From Octopus vulgaris (lineage: Eukaryota), in contig OX597828.1 in assembly GCA_951406725.2 (NCBI GenBank), positions 44,454,001 through 44,518,000 of the forward strand: a DNA stretch of 64,000 bases, written 5' to 3'. Positions 14,626 through 30,508 of the stretch are shown here, piece by piece. Below the pieces are notes generated by a model that saw nothing but the letters and a program-made list of their open reading frames with translations, ran no database searches and was not told the DNA's origin. Both the position numbers and the translations under genes were made by a program. The stretch's first letter is position 1. Each line of letters begins with the position of its first letter.

Positions 14626-15870
14626 ATCAAACATATCTATATATAAAGAAACAAATATGTCAAATTTCGAGTTGACATACACTTTGGTTTCAGCAGTTGC
14701 AGATGGATACTCGAAGTAAAAATTTCATTGATGGATGATCTCTTGGTTGAAACTTGGACCAGTTGTCCACTGCTAGAAATATCAGCCAAATCTCACTCAA
14801 GTTATATTCGACCTAGTCTTTAAAATCGAAGTCCACATCGGATACTTTACTCTTAAAGCGGATACGCTTTTAGTCAGCACTTTTGAATCAGGGCTGACCC
14901 GAGGCTAATCAACAGCAACACTACCTCCATCATGAGACACGAACATTACTATTCAGAAGTTTCTCTGTCTCTCTAATCAATGTTTCCACAGACATATTCT
15001 ATTTGGAACCAGCAACCGTTAATTACTTCCCCTATACGCTCCCCCATTCAATCACCACATGTGTTAATAGTTCTCACGCCACACTCTCGACCGTCCTATC
15101 AATATCGTCACACTGTACATTAATCTCGACCTGCTCTTGTACGTGACGAGTGCACCCTGTAGGCACCACTATGCATTTTAAAAAAAAACAACAACAATAA
15201 AAAAAATAGTTCGCCCATTCAGCACAGCGTAACTCTGAGAAAACAATAATCTCACTCGACATTATCACCCACGTGACTCCTACTATCTCAAGTGCCGTTT
15301 TCTATCAGTAATTATCGCTGTGGCCTTAGTATTTGATTGGTTTCAAGTGGAACTAATCTCTCTTTTCTCCGTTACAACGTCTTCCTTGTCCAGCTATATG
15401 TGAATGGGATTGTGCATGTGTGTGTTGGTCACTGTCTGTCCGTCACACACTCTTTCTCTCATTCTCTCTTCCCCCCCCCCCCTCTTTCTCTCTCTTTCTA
15501 TCTATTTATCTATCTTTCTCGATATATATATATATGGATCTAAATATGTTTGTATGCATAATGTGCATTCATGAGGTACACACACAACGAACACACACAC
15601 ATACACACACACACACACACACATATATATATGTGCGTTGTGTGTACGTTGTGTATATTTAATATGCATACATACATATATAAATATATAGTAAAGAAAA
15701 ATAAGTTGGCTAGCAGCGAGCTGTTTCGCCTCATACCGAAGGAATTAGAAATGGCAGTCAAAGACCGTTTTTTCCATTTCTATAAGTGGAGATTCCAAAA
15801 ACGAAGGCCCTTGCGGCTCACATACACAAAACCGGAGTGGCAAATATACGAATTCAGTCACTTACCGTTA

Positions 15871-15943
15871 ATAGCGAACACGGTGTTTCTGGATCACAAA
15901 CATATAAAAAAAAGGGGAGTTTGAATTCCTTCTTCAGCGCTAT
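15871..15943 (-). ncRNA. Type I hammerhead ribozyme motif
   Basis: Minus strand: ATAGCG-CTGAAGA-aGGA..CAAAC..GTTTG..TCCa-GAAA-CACcGTG-TT-CGCTAT; 6-bp stem I, GUU site. Confidence 0.75.
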
Positions 15944-16122
15944 ATTCGTTAGCTTTATCAAATGCCACCAGCCCTCACTTCTGACCCAGGGGAAGTGCGC
16001 AGATGCTAAAACCAAGTAACGACTGGGAACGTAAATTTTCCCTCCAAAATTCTGCCATGCGCGCCTTCTGGGTAATCGTAATGGAATGAGAAATCCACAT
16101 GGTAATACAATAAAAAAAATAA

Positions 16123-16177
<55 letters not shown>

Positions 16178-16418
16178 ATAAGGGTGAAATTATATATATA
16201 TATATATATATATCATTTATATATAAACATATATATGCTGTATTTATATACACACACATCCACACACACACACACACACGTGCATCTGTACAGTGTAAAT
16301 TTGCAGTTTCTTTGTCATTAAATGAGGCATAAACATTTTTCATTTGATATATTTTAATAATTTCCCTTCTTTATATTTTTGATATTTTGCTTTTTTGTTG
16401 AGAATATCTGTTGATCTG

Positions 16419-16493
<75 letters not shown>

Positions 16494-16643
16494 GGAGGCA
16501 TAAAATACACGGTTAAAATTTAAGTATATTCACAGGCACAACATAATATTTCGACTGTATGTACGTGCATATATATGTGTATGTGTAGTTGTGTGTGCGT
16601 GTGTCTCTCTGTGTGTATGTGTGTGTGTGTGTGTGTGTGTGTC

Positions 16644-16785
16644 TGCGTGGTAAGTAATTTGCTTCCCAACCACATGGTTCCGGGTTCAATCCCACTGCGT
16701 GGCACCTTGGGCAAGTGTCTTCTACTATAGCCTCTAGCCGACTAAAGACTTGCGAGTGGATTGGGTAGGTGGAAACTGAAAGAAG

Positions 16786-16862
<77 letters not shown>

Positions 16863-17098
16863 ATTTGTGTGTGTGTGTGTGTTTGCCGCTTTGTCCGTTT
16901 TTGTGTCTGCTTTTGTTTCCCCAGCGCCGCTTGACAACCGGTGTTGGTGCGTTTATTCCCTGGAGCCTAGCGTTTCGGCAAAACGGACCGACAGAATAAG
17001 TAGCAGGCTTTAAAAATAAGTACTGGGGTCGATTCAGTCGACTAAAAGTTCAAGATGCACCAGCATGGCCACAGTCTAATGACTGAAAGAAGTAAAAT
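16644..17098 (+). mobile_element. SINE family A, diverged
   Basis: Family head and tail with a long internal (GT)n. Confidence 0.85.
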
Positions 17099-17184
17099 AT
17101 AAATGACAATATATATATATATATATTGTCATTTATATTTTACTTGTTTCAGTCATTAGACTGTGGCCATGCTGGTGCACCTTG

Positions 17185-17216
<32 letters not shown>

Positions 17217-17262
17217 TGTATGTATGTATGTATGTATGTATGTATGTATGTATACGTATATA

Positions 17263-18462
17263 CAGGGTGCCTAAGGTATTTGAGGACATACCCTTTTGGG
17301 GTCATTGCTACACATTTTGCTAACTCTGTATAATATTTGTTTCAGAAAATAATAATGGCAGACCTTCAGCTTACTCAAGAAATGAAGAGACGTATTTATT
17401 GTGGCTATAAAGGCTGAGCAGAGCAATTTAGAAATATCTCGATTTTTAAAAGTTGCTAGATCTTTCAACTACAAAGTTTGTAAGGAGCTAGAGACTGATA
17501 ATCGAAACGTATCGCCAGTATCAAAGCATAGAAAGCATTCTAAACGCTCTGAAATCATCAGAATACATGAATTTATTCATCAGACCATTTAACAGACCAT
17601 TAATTACAATCCCAGAAAGTCCATGAGGTCAATTGCAAAATATCTCCATGTGTCAGAAGGAACAGTCAGAAATGTTGTCCATGAAGACATCAGATATAAG
17701 TCTTATATGATGAGGAAAGGTCAATTTGTCCGAAAAAGCAAAAGAAAATCATTATATCAGATGTTAAGGGTTCTTAAACAAGCTGAAAAATCCAGCAGAA
17801 GATTTGATTTAGCTTTCTCAATCGCGCAGGTAAAAAAGTTAACAGAAAAAATGACAGATGGTTATACGCAGACTCTTCTAAAGTTCCAAGTATTATGCAT
17901 ACAAAATTTCCTGCAACTGTCATGGTTTTAGAGGTTATCATCAATGAAGGACATGTGATGCCTCCTTACTTCTTTCAAGAAGGCCTTAGAGTTAACTCTG
18001 CCGGCTACATTGAGGTCCTGGAAATAGTTGTTAAGCCCTGGATAGACAGTGTATGCAATGGAAGGCCATATGTGTTTCAGTAAGACTCTGCACTATCACA
18101 CGTGGCTCTAGTAACACAGGAATGGATGGCTGAAATTTTTCATGATCTCAGTCTATTGGACTTTTTTACATGTGGGGCGTTGTTAAGAGAGAGGTCAATG
18201 AACACGCTCATAGCATCGAAGTTTCTATGAAAGCTGCGATAGTCAGAGTGATGTCCAAAATGAAACAGGAACACATGATTCGAGCATGTAGATAACTTAG
18301 ATCTCATATAGAAGCAGTTGTTGAAGCTGAAAGTGGCTTTATTGAATAAAATTTTAGAAAAGGTTTACTTTTATCCTCATATTTATCCTTGATAAATGAA
18401 GTTATTATCTGTTATTATTTATCTCTTTTTTTATAAACATAAGTCTGACCTCAAATATCTTA

Positions 18463-18466
<4 letters not shown>
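17263..18466 (+). mobile_element. Decayed Tc1/mariner-superfamily transposon (maT/DD37D-like)
   Basis: TA|CAGGGTG start; tgcctaaggtatttgagg is mirrored at about 18449-18466. Transposase fragments SMRSIAKYLHVSEGTVRNVVHEDIRYKSY (HTH), TKFPATVMV and VKPWIDSVCNGRPYVFQ*DSA; stops and frameshifts present. Confidence 0.85.
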
Positions 18467-18510
<44 letters not shown>

Positions 18511-18548
18511 TATATGTGTGTGTGTGTGTGTGTGTATGTGTGTGTGTG

Positions 18549-18796
18549 TGGAGGTGCGTGGCTTAGTGGTTAGGGTGTCAGCATCATGATTGTAAGATTG
18601 TAGTTTCGATTCCTGGACCGGGCGACGCGTTGTGTTCTTGAGCAAAACACTTCATTTCACGTTGCACCAGTCCACTCAGCTGGCAAAAATGAGTAAAGCT
18701 GCGATGGACTGGCGTCCCATCCAGCTGGGAAATACATACGCCATAGAAACCGGGAAACCGGGCCCATGAGCCTGGCTAGGCTTTAAAAGGGCGCAT
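18549..18796 (+). mobile_element. SINE family C (tRNA head; V-SINE-like gcgatggactggcgtccc segment)
   Basis: A box tggcttagtgg, B box gtttcgattcc; related copies at about 23135-23295 (+), 24335-24417 (-) and 32695-33003 (-). Confidence 0.8.
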
Positions 18797-18867
18797 TTAT
18801 ATATATATACATATGTGTGTTTATATACGTAGATATACACCCACATATATACATACGGTTTTACATA

Positions 18868-19200
18868 TGATTGAGACCCCCTTCGGTCATGACTGACCAT
18901 GAGATTGCACCTAGAATGTTACCCTCCGAGGCACAAGTCTGGGCAAGTTTGTTTATAGAAGACCAGCAATCACCCATGCATACAGGCCTCTCCTCTCCAC
19001 ACCATCAGTGTTATCCAAGGTAAAGGGGCCGATACTGCTTGGCACCAGTGACGTCGCAACTCATTTCTACAGCTGAGTGAACTGGAGCAACATGAAATAA
19101 AGTGTCTTGCTCAAGAACACAACACGCAGCCCGGTCCGGGATTCGAACTTACAACCTCACGATCATAAGCTCCACGCTCTAACCAATGAGTGATGTGCCT
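18868..19200 (-). mobile_element. tRNA-derived SINE sharing head and core with family C but with a different 3' tail
   Basis: Minus strand B box gttcgaatcc; gtgttcttgagcaagacac; ccagttcactcagctg. Confidence 0.75.
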
Positions 19201-19274
19201 TCACGTATTTACATATATGTATTTACACATATACATACATACATACATACATACATACATACATACATACATAC

Positions 19275-19371
<97 letters not shown>

Positions 19372-19809
19372 TAGTGAGAGACAGAGGGAGAGAGAGAGAT
19401 CGAATAGACAGACATATGTCTTATACCGACCATGATACATTGAAAAACAATCCACTTCATTTTGCGATATTATCCCGAAATCAACAACCCTTAACCACAT
19501 AAAAAGAGAATAGGGTACCGATAAGTCACCTTATCCCTCTCTCTCGCTCTCTCTCTCTACGCTACGGCCCCAGTAGTTGGTTGTAACGAACCTCTTTTTT
19601 ATCAATGGGGTTCCATTGTGTTGGAATTTATTCATTTGTAATAGGTAAGACGTTGCGCAAACAGAAGACAGGTTGGCGGCGAAAACTGATACCTCCTCCT
19701 GTCATAAACCACCTGACAACTCAGCGCCATACGTCCCAGTAACAAGAATCCACTCACACACACACACATATATATATATACATATATATATATATGTTTG
19801 TGTGTATAT

Positions 19810-20066
<257 letters not shown>

Positions 20067-20549
20067 AGAGAGAGAGAGATGTATATCTACGCTCACATTC
20101 ACACACGCACGTACATATATCGGGGTGGATAGGTGGATAATTATAGATCGATTGACAGATAGATAAGGGACAGATGGAGACAAAGACGGAAAGAAATATG
20201 TGTACGTATGTATGGATGTGCATGCGTGTGTGTGTGTGTGTGTGTGTGTATGAATCTGTATGTATGTATGTATGTATGTATGTATGTATGTACGTACGCA
20301 GAGATACACACACATACACTTTTATGCATTTCTGGAAAGGTGTCCCATGGATCAGACAAAACAAAATATAACATGTAAGTATCGGATCAAAAAAAAAAAT
20401 GCATCTGAACAGGAAAATTTTTTAAACTGGTGTGGAGATTTTTAGCCCAGCACTCTCTTTTACTCTTTTACTTGTTTCAGTCATTTGACTGTGGCCATGC
20501 TGGAGCACCGCCTCATACAGAACTTATGCAAGAACTTATACAGCGAAGG

Positions 20550-20714
20550 GGTGGCTGTGTGGTAAGTAGCTTGCTTCCCAACCACATGGTTCCGAGTTCA
20601 GTCCCACTGTGTGGCACCTTGGGCGAGTGTCTTCTTCTATAGCCTCGGGCCGACCAAAGCCTTGTGATTAGATTTGGTCGACGGAAACTGAAAGAAACCC
20701 GTCGTATATATGTA

Positions 20715-20749
<35 letters not shown>

Positions 20750-20967
20750 TTGTATATGTTTGTGTGTCTGTTTGTCCCCCCCCCAACATCGCTTGACAAC
20801 CGGTGCTGGTGTGTTTACGTCCCCATAACTTAGCGGTTCGGCAAAAGAGACCGATAGAATAAGTGCTAGGCTTACAAAGAATAAGTCCTGGGGTCGATTT
20901 GCTCGACTAAAGGCGGTGCTCTAGCATGGCCACAGTCAAATGACTGAAACAAGTAAAAAAGATATAC

Positions 20968-21053
<86 letters not shown>

Positions 21054-21203
21054 AGGTTTGGAGATGATGTACAGGTTTAATACACAGATACAATTACAAA
21101 AGAGCTGTTAATAGTTTCTTGCTTTACAATATTTCAAATTGCTCGACTAAAGGCGGTGCTCCAGCATGGCCACAGTGACATGACTGAAACAAGTAAAAGA
21201 GAG
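20550..21203 (+). mobile_element. SINE family A with duplicated tail (21139-21203) enclosing an inserted segment
   Basis: tgctcgactaaaggcggtgct...gaaacaagtaaaa occurs twice (about 20900 and 21140). Confidence 0.85.
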
Positions 21204-21257
21204 TATACATACACTCACACATACGCTTATAACTACACCAACATAGATAGATTGATC

Positions 21258-21349
<92 letters not shown>

Positions 21350-21750
21350 ATTTGACAGACAGACAGGCAGGCTTGTACACACAGTATTTCGCTGTTGCTG
21401 TTGGAATGATTGATTCGAGGGGCAATGCTGGGTCAAACAGTATTTTACTGTTGTAGTAAATTCCTGATTTTATCAATAAACAGAATGAGATAGGTGACTG
21501 GTTGGACTGGAGGGAGAGGAAGACGGCGGTTGGGTTGGTGGAGGTGAATGAGAAAGAAGAGCAGGACTAATTTATTAGGTGGTGATCCGGGTTCGATTCT
21601 CAGACGGGGAACCCTGTCACAAAGCGTCATCGTCGCTGGCCTTTCGAATTGTATTAATATCCTAATGTTCCGTTACTGTCATCTTAGATGTATTCCTATG
21701 TACGTGTCTGTCTGTCAGTCTATGCATATGTATGTACATGTATGTACATA

Positions 21751-21915
21751 GGCGCAGGAGTGGCTGTGTGGTAAGTAGCTTGTCTACCAACCACATGGTT
21801 CCGGGTTCAGTCCCACTGCGTGGCACCTTGGGCAAGTGTCTTCTACTATAGCCTCGGGCCGACCAAAGCCTTGTGAGTGGATTTGGTAGACGGAAACTGA
21901 AAGAAGCCCGTCGTA

Positions 21916-21963
<48 letters not shown>

Positions 21964-22184
21964 TGTGTGTGTTTGTGTGTCTGTGTTTGTCCCCCTAGCA
22001 TTGCTTGACAACCGATGCTGGTGTGTTTATGTTCCCGTTACTTAGCGGTTCGACAAAAAGAAACCGATAGAATAAGTACTGGGCTTACAAAAGAATAAGT
22101 CCTGGGGTCGAGTTGCTCGATTAAAGGTGGTGCTCCAGCATGGCCGCAGTCAAATGACTGAAACAAGTAAAAGAGTAAAAGAGA
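21751..22184 (+). mobile_element. SINE family A, full length and well conserved
   Basis: ggcgcaggagtggctgtgtggtaag (A box)...gggttcagtccc (B box)...accttgggcaagt (CORE-like)...(gtaaaaga)n tail. Confidence 0.92.
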
Positions 22185-22525
22185 GAGAGAGAGTAATACA
22201 CATACAAATATGTGTCTATGTATATTTCTGTAGACACACACATATACACAAACACACACGCACACATGATATACATGCGTACATACAAACATACATACAT
22301 ACAGGCACACATACATAATACATATATACATACATATACAATACATACATATACACATATATACATACATGCCTGTATGTATACACATATGCATACAGGC
22401 ATGCATACATAATACATACATATACACATATATACATATATGCCTGTATGCATACACATATACATACAGGCATACATACATAATACATATATACATATAC
22501 AATACATACATATATACATACATAT

Positions 22526-23082
22526 AGGGTGGCTGCCCCCTCGTTATCGAGTATGGCCATTGCACGAAGCTTAATCAATGTTGTTATCGTGCAATGCCTG
22601 TGCAAGAAGATTTTTTTAAAGTGAGGAAAAGCTGTGCACTGAGTCAATCCCACTCACTAAGCAACAGCAGCCATAATCCGAAAAGAAGAACAAGTCAACA
22701 TCATCGGTAACTACTGAGCCGCAGGTTTTATTTCGAAGTTATCCCAGTTACCTGAGTTACCTTCTCCTAGAAGGATGCCCTAACAAAGGCTAGGAGTCCT
22801 TAACTCCCAACGGTTTAACCGCGCGATTGGGGTATTCAGTCCGATTATTTCTATGTCCCCGCGCATGATACAGCTTTAAGATATTTATTGGATGGCCATT
22901 GACTCTCAAGAGTTCCTCCGCCCTTTGACGGGTTTTGTTTTTCGTCTCGCAGGGTGTCCAATGAACACCCTCCTCACCAAGCAAGCTTGGTGGGGTTGCC
23001 GGTTTAGCCGCCGACGACCCGACCATGCAACAGGTTGTACTGGGTTACATGTTACCAGTAGCTCTCGAAAGTAACCTGACAC
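22526..23082 (-). mobile_element. Probable RTE-type LINE 5'UTR fragment or RTE-related SINE, embedded in (CATA)n
   Basis: GC-richer island; minus strand ctcctagcctttgttagggcatccttctaggagaaggtaactc resembles an RTE 5'UTR motif (from memory, not searched). Confidence 0.4.
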
Positions 23083-23299
23083 AACATACATATATACATA
23101 CATACATTGATAGTCGTGACGTTTGACTTATTTGTCAGGGGTGTTGGACTCATGATCGTAAGATTGTGGTTTCAATTCATGGACCAGGCGATGCTTTATG
23201 TTCTTGAATAAAGCATTTCATTTCACGTTGCCCCAGTTCACTCAGCTGTCAAAAGTAAGTAATCCTACGATCGACCGGCGTCCCTTCTATCCAAATGGA

Positions 23300-23370
<71 letters not shown>

Positions 23371-23465
23371 CAGCAGCAGCAACTTGCATGCATTAGAAAT
23401 CTTGTCGTTAAAGGTTAAACAATTTGACAAAGAAACAAAAACGCACTTCATGAAAAAGTTCAGGC

Positions 23466-23533
<68 letters not shown>

Positions 23534-23849
23534 AATGACAATTGTAGGAATTGGAATAAAGAAAGGCAAGAGATGAGTGAAAGAATGAAAATGAAAAAAA
23601 TTATCAAGAAAAGAGAGAATGGAAGAAAGGAAGAAAGGAAGAAATAATTTATACAAAAATGAGAGAAAAAAGTTGAAACAAAGCAAGTAAAAGGTAAAAG
23701 ATCAAAACCGTTTATTGAGAATCAGGCTTTTGTTTTCAGATATTCTGCAATCCATTGTTCCAAAATTCTTTATATGCTTTCTTCAACCCTGGTTCAGATT
23801 AGATTAGACAGCCAAGCAGACAGATAAACAGATAGACAGGCAGACAGAC

Positions 23850-23895
<46 letters not shown>

Positions 23896-23899
23896 GGAG

Positions 23900-23996
<97 letters not shown>

Positions 23997-24147
23997 TGTT
24001 TCTTTATTGGCCACACAGGGTTGCACACAGATGGGACAAGTTACAAGGTAGAGCTTTTCTTTTGGGGGAGAAAAAAAAGGTGGCGTAGGTTTTCGATCAA
24101 AAGGGATCGTAAAAGGGAAAAAAGAACAAAAGAAAGAAAAAAAGAAA
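23997..24147 (-). mobile_element. Retroelement 3'UTR fragment ending AATAAAGAAA followed by (ATCT)n
   Basis: Second copy at about 37790-37971 on the + strand. Confidence 0.65.
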
Positions 24148-24417
24148 ATATGTATATATGTGTCTGTGTATCACACGATCAGCCAGGCTATCAGATGATG
24201 GTATACATCGCTGGCCACGATGTGCTTTGCATCATTTTCGCTTTCGTATGATGCTACTCCCGTTGTTAGGGGAGCAGGCCAACACGACCCTCTGATCGGG
24301 GGTTGGTGGGGTGTATTCCGTCTCTGTGTTTGTCATTTACGGCTGAGTGGACTACATTCATGTGAAATGAAGTGGTTTGCTCAAGGACACCCTAACCACT
24401 AAGCCACGCGCCTCCAC

Positions 24418-24520
<103 letters not shown>

Positions 24521-24575
24521 TAATAACATCGAAAAATACCTTAGCAATGAGAACCCAGGTTCGAAATTTCCCCAA

Positions 24576-24621
24576 GACACCTGATGAAGGCTGGACGGTA
24601 TATCAGTAGAAACGTTGTGTT
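24576..24621 (+). ncRNA. Minimal type I hammerhead ribozyme motif
   Basis: GACAC-CTGATGA-aGGCTGG..TCAGTA-GAAA-CG-TT-GTGTT; palindromic AACGTT stem III. Confidence 0.7.
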
Positions 24622-24889
24622 AACAACAAACAAGATGGGGACAAATATCCGTCAAATGTAAATAATATAAATAATGTACAGTGAAATACTGGAGTCGATA
24701 TGTTCGACTTGTCCCCTTCCCAAAAATTTTATGTCTTGTACCTTTAATAAAAAGGATCAAAGCACTAAATATAGATATTCACAGACTAAAACAAACACTA
24801 ATCAATGGGGAATATTCCGATTAATTACTAGACCAAGGCATGGAACAATATATGCCGAAATACCAAGAACAAATACATCAGATATTGCT

Positions 24890-25100
24890 TACAAATTTTG
24901 CCACAAAGCCAGCAATTTCGGGACAAATTACACCTGTAATCAACTGATAATTTTATCACCTGTGTACTCAATTGATACTTATTTTGTCGACTCCGAAAGG
25001 ATAAAAGGCAAAGTCGACCTCAACAGAATTTGAACACAGAATATAAAAACGCATGAAATACCGCTAAGCATTTTACTCGGCGTGTAAACTATTCTGCCAT
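24890..25100 (-). mobile_element. SINE family B, diverged
   Basis: gaaaggataaaaggcaaagtcgacctc. Confidence 0.7.
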
Positions 25101-25239
25101 CTACTAATTTTGGCATCTATTAATTCACAAACTATGTGGTTCGTAAGCAAGCTACTTACCACAAAAACCTTATAAAACATCTCACTGCATTCCACCAAGC
25201 CATACGCTAGCATTTACAAAAACATTAAAGTAAAACAAC

Positions 25240-25651
25240 CACCTTCTCAGTACTAGCTCACAAGCATATAAAGCTGTGAACATACTACTAACGACCAATG
25301 CAATTCATAAAATGAATTACAAATGTAAACTTCACGACTCTTACTGTTATAATGGCGAAACAAATACATTCTGTTGTTTACTCACCATGCACATACAACA
25401 ATGAACATTTGCAATACACACCTCCAAAACAAAACTAGACTAGAAAGCATTAGTAATATATTACAAAAATCTCCTTCCAGTAACAGCCCACAAGCATATA
25501 AACCTGTGAACATGCTACTAATGATCAATCAATACTGTTATAATTACGAAACAAGTTCGACATTTTCTTGTTGGGTCACCACGCACATACTTACAAAGAA
25601 CAATCGCGATATACACCTCCAAAACAATAGTAGACTGGAAAACATTAGTAA
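25240..25651 (+). repeat. Diverged tandem duplication, period about 200-230 bp
   Basis: cacaagcatataaa.ctgtgaacat.ctactaa and tacacctccaaaacaa..tagact.gaaa.cattagtaa each occur twice. Confidence 0.8.
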
Positions 25652-25799
25652 ACAACACATTTATTATTCACAGAAGTCCCGACAAAAACGGGTGGTAAAT
25701 AGTGGGAAAAAACACTGAGAGGCATGTTATATGAGTCACAAACAAAAGGAGATATGTTACACATGATGCATCAATCTAATGGTCAAACATTCAAATCCC

Positions 25800-26827
25800 T
25801 ATATGCATATATATATACATATATGTATATAGCTACATATATATGTATATATGCATGCATATATGGGTACAGGACATAAAAAAAACGTTGAACAGAATGA
25901 GAAACAAAAACATAAAAATGAAAACATAGAAAACGAACATTTTTCGAATAACGAAAAAAAACAAACAGAGAAACAAGACATGCAACATAAAGAATATTGC
26001 CCTTCTTCAGTTGTCCCTGTTTCATCTACTCCGCGTTCGAAGGCAAGGACAATACGCGACTTCGTTGAAACAGTCCTTCCCGCAAAGCAAATTAAATAAA
26101 ATTTGAGATTTTTGCGGAGGACAGGACAGTGAGAACAAGGCAGTAAAAACAAACGCTAGGAAGACGAGCTTATGAGAGGAGACAGGTATAAGCACGTGTT
26201 GTCTTTAGGAAGGAAATGGGCAGGAAGATAGATTCCCTTTCGTCACGTGTCAGCGACAAGAGAGTCAAGGAGGAAGAGTGAGAGAGAGGGAACGGTGAAG
26301 AGGAGAGGAGAAGAATAGGGAAGAGTGGGAGAGAAAACAAGAAAGGAGGAAGAAGGTAGGGAGAGAGATACACAGAGAAGAGATAGTAGAGACAGAAGAG
26401 AGCGCATCCTAATTATTAAGATAAAACTTACTTGAAAAAAGGATGCGTGGCGTTCGATCATATAACAATATAAATAATATATAAATATATGCATATATAC
26501 ATATATACATGTACATGCCTACATATATATGTATATATACAAGCATATATGGGTACAGGACATCAAAAAAACGTTGAACACAATGAGAAACGAAAACATA
26601 GAAAACGAACTTTTTTCGAACAACGAAAAAAACAAAAAAAGAAACAAGACATGCAACAACAAGGCGCAGAAGTGGCTGTGTGGTAAGTAGCTTGTTTACC
26701 AACCACATGGTCCCGGGTTCAGTCCCACTGCGTGGCACCTTCGGCAAGTGTCTTCTACTATAGCCTCGGGCCGACCAAAGCCTTGTGAGTGGATTTGGTA
26801 GACGGAAACTGAAAGAAGCTCGTCATA

Positions 26828-26871
<44 letters not shown>

Positions 26872-27153
26872 TGTGTGTATTTGTGTGTCTGTGTTTGTCC
26901 CCCTAGCATTGCTTGACAACTGATGCTGGTGTGTTTATGTCCCCGTTACTTAGCGGTTCGGCAAAAGAGACCGATAGAATAAGTACTGGGCTTACAAAAG
27001 AATAAGTCCCAGGGTCGAGTTGCTCGATTAAAGGCGGTGCTCCAGCATGGCCGCAGTCAAATGACTGAAACAAGTAAAAGAGTAAAAGAGAGTATAAAGA
27101 ATATTCCCTTTCATCAGTTGCCCCTGGTTCATCTACTCCGCTATCGAAGGCAA
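25800..27153. repeat. Duplicated ~250-bp unit; second copy interrupted by a SINE
   Basis: atatgggtacaggacat...gaaacaagacatgcaaca|taaagaatatt..tcagttg..catctactccgc at 25860-26047 and again at 26547-26658 plus 27094-27153. Confidence 0.8.
26663..27092 (+). mobile_element. SINE family A, full length
   Basis: Nearly identical to 21751-22184. Confidence 0.92.
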
Positions 27154-27443
27154 GTCGCTTCGCCTACAATAAAGCGAGAGAAATACATGTCAATATGACG
27201 TCATCCAGAAGATGTGAACGTGAAATTATATCCTCAGGTGGAAATAATTGAGATAAATTTGTTTCTTTGTGCTATACACCACAGCTTTTCTAAATTAACA
27301 CCTGACATTTCAGTAACTAATCCAAGTGCAACTATACTAATGATCATTAAAAAAATACAGAATGTAAATGTTTAAGCTGGTTAGATCAAATGCTGTAGGT
27401 TTCGAACTACTCCTAAAATCTTGATCTCGTTGATTTCATGTGA

Positions 27444-27483
<40 letters not shown>

Positions 27484-27561
27484 ATACTAATACTACTACT
27501 ACTACTACTACTACAACTACTACTACTAGCAGTAATAGTAGCAGCAGCAGCAGTGGTAGTG

Positions 27562-27616
<55 letters not shown>

Positions 27617-27899
27617 ACATAATATCCACTTACTGAAAAATATAAACACTTAAAATTTTATTTTTTTATATGAAGATCTAGAAAAGTTGGTGATGAATTT
27701 TGGAATTTCACAGAATTCTCCAAATAATCTAAAACGAACTCATACAAATATATTTGTCAAAAGAAAAAGACAAGACCAAAATACGGTCGCATTTCAGACG
27801 ATACAAACACACACACACACACACACACACACGCATACACACATACATACATATACATATGCTAACATATATTTACATAAGTGAGTTTCTGTGTACATG

Positions 27900-27932
<33 letters not shown>

Positions 27933-27984
27933 ATATATGCATATATATATATATATATATATATAGTAAGTATATATATGTATA

Positions 27985-28046
<62 letters not shown>

Positions 28047-28061
28047 CATATATATATACAC

Positions 28062-28114
<53 letters not shown>

Positions 28115-28178
28115 CATATATATATACATATGTATATATATATATATATATACACACATATATATATATATAAAACAC

Positions 28179-28303
<125 letters not shown>

Positions 28304-28328
28304 TAGATATAGATATATAGATATATGC

Positions 28329-28373
<45 letters not shown>

Positions 28374-28455
28374 AGTATGTATGCAAGTGTGTATGTATGC
28401 AAGTATGTATGTATGTATGTATGTATGTATGTATGTATGAATGTATGTATGTATG

Positions 28456-28538
<83 letters not shown>

Positions 28539-28699
28539 CATGATATATTATAGAGGTAAAGCAGTGCTGAGAGTGGAAAAGGTAGCTGTGTGACCTTTGG
28601 AGACCAAAAGCCTACGTGGAGAAATGATTTAAATCAAAAATAGATATTCGAGACACACTTTTTTAATATTATTACAATTATTACTATTATTACTCTTAT

Positions 28700-29083
28700 T
28701 ACGTTCTGGATTCAAATTCCGCCAGGTCGACTTTGCCTTTCATCCTTTCGGACTCGATAAATTAAGTACCAGTTGCGTACTGGACTCGATCTTATTGACT
28801 GAACCCCTCCCCAAAAATTTCGGGCCTTGTGCGTAGACTAGAAAAGAATATTATTACTATCGTTATTAACAATAATAATGGTTTCAAATTTTGCCCCAAG
28901 AGCAGCACTTTTGAGGGAGGGGATGAGTCAATTACATCGACCCTTCTGTTCAACTGGTACTCAATCTATCGAAGCCGAAAGGTAATGTCGACCTCGGCGG
29001 AATTTGAACTGAGAACATAGCGACAGACAAAATGCCGCTAAGCATTACGCCCGGCATTCTAACGATTCTGCCAGCTCGCTGCC
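28700..29083. mobile_element. Two SINE family B copies, tail-to-tail (about 28700-28856 +, 28880-29083 -)
   Basis: Nin-like domain present on both strands. Confidence 0.75.
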
Positions 29084-29994
<911 letters not shown>

Positions 29995-29995
<1 letters not shown>

Positions 29996-30207
29996 CCTTT
30001 CTACTGTAGGCACAAGGCCCGGAATTTAGGGGAGGGGATAATCGATTTCATCGACCCCAGTACGCAACTGGTACTTAATTTATCTACTCCGAAATGATTA
30101 AAAGCTAAGTCGACCTCGGCGACATTTGAACTCAGAACGTAGCGACGCGTGAAATGCCGCAAAGCATTGTATCCCGGCGTGCTAACGATTCTGCCAGATC
30201 GCCACCT
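29995..30207 (-). mobile_element. SINE family B variant with (ATT)n tail
   Basis: Same tail as 44536-44750 (ggccttgtgccta.agt.gaaaggattatt). Confidence 0.8.
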
Positions 30208-30223
30208 TACAATAATACTGATA

Positions 30224-30265
<42 letters not shown>

Positions 30266-30465
30266 GTATGGTGGTTGTGGTGGTGGTGGTGGTGGTGGTG
30301 GTGGTTTGAGAATGATGATGATGACGATGTCACCAGCATCATTCTCATCGACATCATCTTCGCCCTCATCTTTACCACTGTCTTCAGCAAGAACATAATA
30401 CTTACAAGCAGCAGCAGCAGCAGCAGCAACCGGAAGGTGGTAGGTTTTGCACACACACATTCACG

Positions 30466-30508
<43 letters not shown>

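Noticed and set aside
18549-18625. tRNA genes at SINE heads
   Set aside because: A and B boxes continue into SINE bodies; cloverleaf incomplete
26010-26045. CTGAAGA and CTGATGA boxes on the minus strand here and near 27111; also boxes near 12392, 39778, 51060 and 59268
   Set aside because: No properly placed GAAA-stem III-UH and no complementary stem I, so not called hammerheads
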